From an archaeon (GTDB taxonomy: Archaea; Nanobdellota; Nanobdellia; Pacearchaeales; GW2011-AR1), in the NCBI GenBank assembly GCA_043821945.1, contig JBDRCH010000011.1, positions 1 through 59,788 of the forward strand: a stretch of DNA of 59,788 bases, in the 5' to 3' direction. The notes under the pieces were generated by a model. The model ran no database searches and was not told the DNA's origin. It saw only the letters and a list, made by a program, of their open reading frames with translations. The position numbers and the translations under genes were made by a program. Below, in pieces: positions 53,397-59,788 of this stretch. Numbering within the stretch: the stretch's first letter is position 1; the number at the start of each line of letters is the position of its first letter.

Positions 53397-53954
53397 TTAG
53401 TCTACACTTAATATTTTAAACAGAAATTCATCTGTGATTTTAGTCAAATCTTCTTTAGGTCCTTGTATAAAAACACAACTCTGATTCTGGCTTATTTTAG
53501 TAATGTTATTTTCTTTTATTATAATAAAATTATCTGCACAATTTTTAATAGGAAGATTTTCTTCACCTTCTTCACCCTCTAAATAAGCTCTCCTCATTCT
53601 AAGGACAATTGGCTCGAGATTTCTGACTATTTCAATTTCAGATTCGCTATTTTCTGAAAAAATATAGAGGGGTTTGTTAAGATATTGATTAAGGAGATTA
53701 ACTTTGGAACCAATCTTTTCAACTTGTTTTGGATGATATTTAAATGCAAATATAAAATTTCCAATTTCTAAGAACCATAAATCTCCTTGGTTAGTGAATT
53801 CAAAACCATTGTGAATTATTTTTTTATTGCTTTCTTTTTCTTCTCCTTGAAAGGCATATCCTAAAACACTGATAAACATAACCCCAACTAAGATTAATCC
53901 TAAAACGATCTGTTTTGTTCTATTTTCTTTCTTTTTTGAAATTACGCTACGCAT
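53397..53954 (-). CDS. N-terminally anchored extracellular orphan protein (185 aa)
   Basis: One TM helix (IVLGLILVGVMFISVLGYAF) followed by a soluble domain. Same architecture as the downstream neighbour. Confidence 0.5.
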   Translation of the reverse strand: MRSVISKKKENRTKQIVLGLILVGVMFISVLGYAFQGEEKESNKKIIHNGFEFTNQGDLWFLEIGNFIFAFKYHPKQVEKIGSKVNLLNQYLNKPLYIFSENSESEIEIVRNLEPIVLRMRRAYLEGEEGEENLPIKNCADNFIIIKENNITKISQNQSCVFIQGPKEDLTKITDEFLFKILSVD

Positions 53955-54063
53955 ATTAAATAATCTTTTTTAGTATATAAAAAGTTTTAGTTAGTATCTT
54001 GACAATCTTAGTTCTCACTAGGTATTAAAAAAATAAAAGAAAAAATAAAAATAAAAAATTGAT

Positions 54064-56463
54064 TTAAGCAGTTGTTGTGACAAGTTCAGCACTTGTTGAA
54101 GATGTTCCTTTGTACTCTTTACTTGTATCAACAGTTTGAGTAGTTAGATACTTAGCAGCATTTACAGTGTCTGCAGCTTCGTAACCAGCAACAACTAATG
54201 CAATCTTTCCACTAGTGAAAGCATCGCTCACTCCTTTAATCAAGAATTCTCCTGACCCTACGCCAGTAGCAGTAGTGAATTCTGGACCACAAGTATGTGT
54301 TGCAACTCCTAATGCGGTTGCAGCAGCTGAATTAATACAACTTCCACCAACTATTATTAAGTTCTTTGAACTTACAGAGCTGATTTCATTGTCTTTAGCA
54401 AGCACACTTCCAAGTTGTGTAGTTGAACCAGTTGTTCCACTTGTACCAGGTGTAACTGTTGTATCAGGAGCATTCACATAGAATTCTCCATATGTCTCAT
54501 CACCATGATAGCTTAAAGTAGCTGAATATTGATCTCCACTCTTATCCCAGATTATTGATGTTGCAAGTTGTGAATACCAGTAACTCAACCATTTCTTGGT
54601 ATTATCACCATTTTCTGCAAATGTAACTGCTTCTCCAAGTATATCACTTACATAAGCTTCTGGAGTTGTAGCAGAATTCCATCCAAGTTGAACAGTGACG
54701 TTTTCTCCTTTACCAATATTTCCATTCTTATCTTCTTCAGAAAATGTAAGATTGAATGTTGTTTGTGCATCTGTTGAATTCCAGTAAAGATTACCGCTAC
54801 CCGCAGGTGCATTTGTTTGGTTAGCATACCAAGGCACATAAACTTGCATACCTTCTTTTGAATAAAGTCTGTTAAATTCAACATTGCTTCCACTTGCAGT
54901 GAAATTTACATTATTCACAGAAGCTCTGTTAATGATATTAATAGTTAATTCAACATTACCTACTGAGATAACATCTGCAATCTTTGCATCTACTTTTAAG
55001 TCAACCCACGCTCCATTTTTTCTATATTGGATTGTAGTCTTATTAGCTGTTGTTGATCCATCAACTAATCCAAAATTAGTAGCTCTCATTAAGTAAGATT
55101 CTGCATTTGAGCCATCATTATATGACACCAAGAACCAATCATCTGTATCTTTATCAAATACTAATTCTGATTCATTGCTTGTTCTTAATTGATGTGTTGA
55201 ATCTTTACCAACGCCAGTAAAATTAGCGCTATCCCCATAAATAATATTTATGTCTTCTGTGCTATCTTTTAATGGAAAATTTTCTAAAGTTGCATATGTT
55301 GTACTTCCTCCTCTAATCTCCATTACTTCTTCTGCGGGATATAAAATTCCTGCATAAGATAATTTAACTGCTTTAAAACCAGGCATTAAAATTTCACTAT
55401 CTGGAGCAAGGAATAATTCATCATCAGCTTTCCATTCAATAGCAATTTTGCTAATTGTAGCTGTAGCAGAAGATGTTGTAGTAATATAAGTTTTCATACC
55501 AGATATAGATTTATCATTTATTTCTACATCATAGCCGTGTTTAAGAACCAACTTACCACTTCCTATACTGAATTCTACTGTTTTTGTTCCTCCAGCATAA
55601 TCTTGAACACTTATATCTTTAATACCTACATAATCTCCACTAGATAATTTTTGAGTTTGTGCTTCACTTAAACTATTTGTTGTTTCTCCATCCACACTCA
55701 ACTTAACTTCTGCACTTGTTCCTGTTCCTCCAATAAACGCAATAGAAACTTCATGTCCATTAACAGTTTTTGTTTCTCCTTCAGCTAATGTTGTTGTTTC
55801 AGCAGCATCAAGAAGATTTATTGTGGTGTTTGCTGTATGGCTTAATATGAAATAGTTTTTTCCCATTATTTCAATATTCGTTGAATCCAAATCAGCCCAC
55901 TCAGGTTCATCAGTAAAATCTAATGTATAGTTCAATACGTGATCTGCACTAGCAATTCTCATTCCCAATGTAGGAGAATCAGCCTTGTAATCATCATCAT
56001 CAAACATCTTAAAAGTCAGGTTTGCAAGGTCTATTTTTTGAGTATAGTCTTTTTCATCGTTATCATCATCAACATATTTTCCATCTGCTAAGAGAATTGG
56101 AAGTCCTCCATTTGGACTATCATCAGTAATAGATGTAGATATAATATCTGCTATTCCTTTACCTAAGTTGAATTTGGTTGATGATTTCTCAATTTTAACA
56201 CTATCTCCACCACTAGCTGTTCCAGAGGTTGCACCTCCGCTAGCTAATCCCATATAAGATTGAAGGTTTGATTGAATGTCTCCTGCTTGAAGTATATCTA
56301 ATGTAGATACACCGTCTCCAGTACCATAAACAATTGCTACATTTGCACTCCCTCCTGACACAAAAGGTGTAGGATAATTTGCCGCAGCAGCAAATCCAAT
56401 ACTAGATACAGTCATTATTCCACTAGTTAATACAGCTGAGATCTTTTTAAAATTTATTTTCAT
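54064..56463 (-). CDS. S-layer protein (Methanococcales-type N- and C-terminal S-layer regions)
   Basis: Signal peptide, then AANYPTPFVSGGSANVAIVYGTG. The sequence is T/S/N/G-rich and beta-rich. The C-terminal NLIIVGGSCINSAAATALGV...IALVVAGYEAADT resembles the S-layer C-terminal module. Confidence 0.75.
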   Translation of the reverse strand: MKINFKKISAVLTSGIMTVSSIGFAAAANYPTPFVSGGSANVAIVYGTGDGVSTLDILQAGDIQSNLQSYMGLASGGATSGTASGGDSVKIEKSSTKFNLGKGIADIISTSITDDSPNGGLPILLADGKYVDDDNDEKDYTQKIDLANLTFKMFDDDDYKADSPTLGMRIASADHVLNYTLDFTDEPEWADLDSTNIEIMGKNYFILSHTANTTINLLDAAETTTLAEGETKTVNGHEVSIAFIGGTGTSAEVKLSVDGETTNSLSEAQTQKLSSGDYVGIKDISVQDYAGGTKTVEFSIGSGKLVLKHGYDVEINDKSISGMKTYITTTSSATATISKIAIEWKADDELFLAPDSEILMPGFKAVKLSYAGILYPAEEVMEIRGGSTTYATLENFPLKDSTEDINIIYGDSANFTGVGKDSTHQLRTSNESELVFDKDTDDWFLVSYNDGSNAESYLMRATNFGLVDGSTTANKTTIQYRKNGAWVDLKVDAKIADVISVGNVELTINIINRASVNNVNFTASGSNVEFNRLYSKEGMQVYVPWYANQTNAPAGSGNLYWNSTDAQTTFNLTFSEEDKNGNIGKGENVTVQLGWNSATTPEAYVSDILGEAVTFAENGDNTKKWLSYWYSQLATSIIWDKSGDQYSATLSYHGDETYGEFYVNAPDTTVTPGTSGTTGSTTQLGSVLAKDNEISSVSSKNLIIVGGSCINSAAATALGVATHTCGPEFTTATGVGSGEFLIKGVSDAFTSGKIALVVAGYEAADTVNAAKYLTTQTVDTSKEYKGTSSTSAELVTTTA

Positions 56464-56913
56464 TATTTTTAACCTCCTTTCAACTTTATTATCTGTTATC
56501 TATGACAACATCATCTTAACTTAATGGTCATAGAGTAAACCATCTTGTCAAGTGAATTTAATTAATTTAACTGAATGTTTCCCCCAGTTAAATGCTTGTC
56601 CTTGTTTTGGAATAAACAAAGATCTTTATTCTCTATAGAACACCCGAAGGTGTTATAGTTGAAAACCCGATTTTCTTTAAAAAGCTTGTCATATTATTTT
56701 TCTGTTTGCCTTTGATCTCCCTTGTTTTTGATGGTTTAATTTATAAAAGTTTTGTTGTCACTTTTTTATTAATACATATCTTTGTATGAACTTAATTTTA
56801 TTAAAATCAAAACATTTATTAACATATGGTTAATAAAAGTAATATATATTTTAATTAAACATATAATTGAATAATATATATTTTATAGGCATATCCAAAA
56901 ATAATCATATCAA

Positions 56914-57267
56914 ATGGCTAAAACAAAAACAAGAGAAATAACAATCACTGAATCCAAGGGGGCTTTTTCAATCTACAAAAAAACACCATTTTCAACAGAA
57001 GATTATGATTTTTCAGGAGTTTCTGTTCTAAGACAGCTTTTGAGCAATGAAAAAGCAAGAATCTTAAATGTAATAAAAAATCAAAAACCCAAGTCAATCT
57101 ATGAATTGGCAAAAAAATTAGGAAGAGGATTTAAATCAGTCAATGATGATATTAAGCTTTTAGTGAGATTCGGATTTGTTGAATTAATTGAAGAAAAAAC
57201 AAAAAATAGAATAAGACATAAACCAGAGATAGTTGTTGATACAATGATTATCCACTTAAGAATTTAG
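56914..57267 (+). CDS. Winged-helix DNA-binding protein (putative transcriptional regulator)
   Basis: ARILNVIKNQKPKSIYELAKKLGRGFKSVNDDIKLLVRFGFVEL fits an HTH-plus-wing pattern. Confidence 0.55.
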   Translation: MAKTKTREITITESKGAFSIYKKTPFSTEDYDFSGVSVLRQLLSNEKARILNVIKNQKPKSIYELAKKLGRGFKSVNDDIKLLVRFGFVELIEEKTKNRIRHKPEIVVDTMIIHLRI

Positions 57268-57740
57268 TAATAAGCTGTGAATACTATCTCTATATTCTCT
57301 TTTCCTAGTTCTTGCATGGAAGTTTTATAATTATTAGTAGAATTCCCCTCACTAAGATTTAAAATAATCTGTTCATTAGAATTAATGTACAAATAATACC
57401 CTTTCACAGGTCTGTCTCCATCAATTTTCCAACTTTCTTTTATTATCCTTTTTAGAGTATATTCTAAAACTTCGCACGTATCTTTTTGATTAAGACAAAT
57501 CTCTTTTCTATTACAATCTATTATTAATTTTTCAACTGAACGATATCTTGGTTCATATCCATCAACACAATCACTTGTATATTGTAAAACCGATTGAATA
57601 AAACTATCAATTTCATAACTCTCAAGAATTTCTTCCTTTGGGTTTCTTAGATAATAACTTAAAAAGATTAATCCAATAACAGCAACAACTATTATAATCA
57701 GAGCAAATCCTACCATCTCTTCTTGCGAGCGTTTTGACAT
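57264..57740 (-). CDS. Pilin-like protein with class-III-signal-like N-terminus, Cys-rich
   Basis: Likely start is MSKRSQEEMVGFALIIIVVAVIGLIFL (ATG 57740; the track ORF extends to 57806). Four Cys residues in the soluble domain. Confidence 0.45.
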   Translation of the reverse strand: MSKRSQEEMVGFALIIIVVAVIGLIFLSYYLRNPKEEILESYEIDSFIQSVLQYTSDCVDGYEPRYRSVEKLIIDCNRKEICLNQKDTCEVLEYTLKRIIKESWKIDGDRPVKGYYLYINSNEQIILNLSEGNSTNNYKTSMQELGKENIEIVFTAYY

Positions 57741-57799
57741 TGGGCAAATATTTTTCTTGCTAATTAATGTCAAGGCGCGAGTTCCTCTCTTAAATTTTT

Positions 57800-58414
57800 T
57801 TAACATTTTTCACCATATTCAGAACCAATAATAATCTTTGCAAGTTCGCATCTATCATAGATTTCTCCATCAAAAGATTCTTTTCTGCACAAAGAAACAA
57901 AATTATCTGAACTGACTCCTCCTTGTTTTGAAAAAACATTAATCAAATTGCAGTCAGGGTAATTTCCTTGATCACATACGCGATTAAAATCCTTAGGATA
58001 GATTTTTCTTATTTCAATGTTTGAAACCCCCCAAAAATCAGAATAATCTTTTATATTATTCCTTAAAGCCATAACTTTGTCTGCATCAATGCAATTAGAT
58101 CTGCTGCTACCAAAAACTTCTCCACATGAAAATTCTGGTGAATTTGCAAGTTTGGTTACTAATAATTTAGCATTTTTCTCACAAAGCTCTTGTGAAGATT
58201 CTTTTAACCCAGATAATGTAATCATTAAAAAGAACATTCCAACTAAAACAAAAAACAAGGTCACAGCTATTAACATAAAAGTCATTTGTTGAATTTTCAT
58301 TTGCGCTCGCTTACTTAGTGATTTCCTTAGAAAGCATTTTAAGAAATCGCCGTTCAGTGTTTTGAGGAAAATCGAAAAAAACCAGCTGGTTATTTTCATT
58401 ACCATAGTCTGCAA
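57800..58414 (-). CDS. Pilin-like protein, Cys-rich (start uncertain)
   Basis: SKRAQMKIQQMTFMLIAVTLFFVLVGMFFL is followed by a domain with 8 Cys. ATG 58300 is an alternative start. Confidence 0.45.
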   Translation of the reverse strand: MQTMVMKITSWFFSIFLKTLNGDFLKCFLRKSLSKRAQMKIQQMTFMLIAVTLFFVLVGMFFLMITLSGLKESSQELCEKNAKLLVTKLANSPEFSCGEVFGSSRSNCIDADKVMALRNNIKDYSDFWGVSNIEIRKIYPKDFNRVCDQGNYPDCNLINVFSKQGGVSSDNFVSLCRKESFDGEIYDRCELAKIIIGSEYGEKC

Positions 58415-59316
58415 TCTCCTATGCTATTCTTGTAGTCAATTTCTTCTACAAATTCTTTTATTAATGAAAGATCTGAAGAATCTTCTAATTTGTTTGCAAG
58501 GTTGCTTAAGGATACAAGATCAAGATTGGATTCACAACCTTTATTTGAAAGAAACAAGGCTTTTTCATGATATAGTTGTGCAAGATTATCAGTTCTTTGC
58601 ATGAGTCTTTTTACTTGACATTCATAAATATCAAAATCAGAAAAAATTCCAGCATACATTAAAGCATCTCCTTCAAAATAAACAAATTCTGAATTTTTCA
58701 ATATCCTCTTTTTTCCATATTCCACTCTTATATCACAATTTCCTCCCCCTCTAAAACAAACTCTTGTACTTTTATCAGAACAATTTTCAATTAAGAGGTT
58801 CTTCTGATTTAAGAACATTAATTCTTCTTGAATTTTTTCAGGAGCATCTAAAAAACAATATTCTTGTAATTGAGAAGTAAGATAAACTATATCAGTAATT
58901 TTAAATGAAAAATCAAATGACTTTGAAAAAATGTAAAAATCTTTTCCCTCAGTATATTCTTCTGAAAATATATATTTATTAGAAAATCCAACATCAATAT
59001 CTGTTTCAGTCCATTTTTCAAAGTTCTTTTGTGAAACCTGCACCAATTGTCTTCCAAAATTCCCATTAGTTCTGCATTTGTTGTATATTCTCGTTTCTGT
59101 GGGAAAGTTAATTGTTATGCTTTTTGCACTCTCAAAACCTATCTCAAGGGGATTTAATAAAAATCCAATCTCTTTTCCTGTTTTTGCGTCAGAAATTGTT
59201 TGTTCTGTTTTAATCAGCTTTGTAACAAAGAAAATCGCAAGAAATAATATAACTGCTCCAACTATAATTGCAAAAAGCCATGCAAATGAAATCTGAAGAT
59301 AAGCTTTTGAATTCAT
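58399..59316 (-). CDS. Pilin-like protein with N-terminal hydrophobic helix, Cys-rich (305 aa)
   Basis: MNSKAYLQISFAWLFAIIVGAVILFLAIFFV is followed by a soluble domain with 9 Cys. Confidence 0.45.
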   Translation of the reverse strand: MNSKAYLQISFAWLFAIIVGAVILFLAIFFVTKLIKTEQTISDAKTGKEIGFLLNPLEIGFESAKSITINFPTETRIYNKCRTNGNFGRQLVQVSQKNFEKWTETDIDVGFSNKYIFSEEYTEGKDFYIFSKSFDFSFKITDIVYLTSQLQEYCFLDAPEKIQEELMFLNQKNLLIENCSDKSTRVCFRGGGNCDIRVEYGKKRILKNSEFVYFEGDALMYAGIFSDFDIYECQVKRLMQRTDNLAQLYHEKALFLSNKGCESNLDLVSLSNLANKLEDSSDLSLIKEFVEEIDYKNSIGDCRLW

Positions 59317-59788
59317 CTTCCAATTAATACTAGTTCTTGATCATAATCTCTTTTAATAGTCAACTCAATTTTTCCGTCATTATTTTCAATACAAAAAGGA
59401 TTCTCATTTTTTGTCATTGTGATCAGATCAATATGTTTAATTTCAAAAGCATCTACACCTTCTGTAGAACCAACAGGATAAAAAATTAGATTTTCATATT
59501 CTTCAAAAGCTCTTTTTAATTTGCTATAGAGTTCTTTATTTTCCCCTCTTTCTCTATATGAGAAATCAACAAAACAAGCATATTCAATCTTTTTTGGAAG
59601 AGAATAACCTCCTGGTCTTGATAATGATCCAGATCCTCTCCATATTTTATCAATATCATTTTGCAGATCTTCTTTAAATAAGAATATTGTATCTCTTTGT
59701 TGACCCTCTATTAAAATTTTAATAACATAAAAAGCAAATGAAATAAAAACAATTATTAATATAATTGAAAATATCATTCCAAAGGATA
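59313..59788 (-). CDS. Pilin-like protein, N-terminus possibly outside window
   Basis: The frame stays open upstream of ATG 59777 to the window edge (...SFGMIFSIILIIVFISFAFYVI). 4-nt overlap with the downstream gene. Confidence 0.4.
   Translation of the reverse strand, partial: SFGMIFSIILIIVFISFAFYVIKILIEGQQRDTIFLFKEDLQNDIDKIWRGSGSLSRPGGYSLPKKIEYACFVDFSYRERGENKELYSKLKRAFEEYENLIFYPVGSTEGVDAFEIKHIDLITMTKNENPFCIENNDGKIELTIKRDYDQELVLIGR

Noticed and set aside
1-59788. Scan for CRISPR arrays, rRNA genes, transposases, integrases and large direct repeats.
   Set aside because: I saw no regularly spaced repeats, no rRNA-like G+C-rich stretches and no DDE or tyrosine/serine recombinase motifs in any listed ORF. 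This was a visual scan only, so short or degenerate repeats could have been missed.

Overview
Strongly AT-rich (about 70% A+T by eye, not computed), gene-dense archaeal fragment. Its gene content and reduced style suggest a DPANN-type (Pace-/Woesearchaeota-like) genome. Five blocks are recognisable. (1) 1-7232: an N-glycosylation locus with two GT2 enzymes, a deacetylase, a methyltransferase, GtrA, an AglH-like phosphotransferase, AglB/STT3 and a coupled zinc-ribbon mini-gene. (2) 9292-27333 (minus strand): prefoldin alpha, a VIT-like protein, an EMC3/DUF106 insertase, SecY and the complete uL3-to-uL15 ribosomal-protein superoperon. (3) 27434-42600: mixed housekeeping and accessory genes, namely two PHP phosphoesterases, an AI-2E transporter, AMP phosphorylase, tRNA-Ser, an XPD/DinG-like helicase, uL1-P0-P1, TYW1, a site-2 protease, eL40 and aIF5A. 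(4) 42651-48919 (plus strand): FKBP, FtsZ, SecE, Spt5, uL11, tRNA-Pro, eL43, RpoP, prefoldin beta, SepF and a short Dph2-like protein. (5) 48909-59788: a cell-envelope region with an acidic surface protein carrying a C-terminal sorting-signal-like tail, a compact archaeosortase-like protein, DedA, two anchored orphans, a Methanococcales-type S-layer protein and four Cys-rich pilin-like proteins. The most unusual feature is that the normally invariant ribosomal superoperon is interrupted at seven positions by eight tightly coupled orphan genes, including a DEDDh exonuclease and a small HExxH protein, and many r-proteins carry Lys/Glu-rich extensions. Several conserved genes fall below the 60-aa ORF-track cut-off and were recovered by hand (eL40, SecE, RpoP, a Zn ribbon). 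No CRISPR array, rRNA or transposase was seen. All functional calls rest on motifs read by eye; no database search was run.
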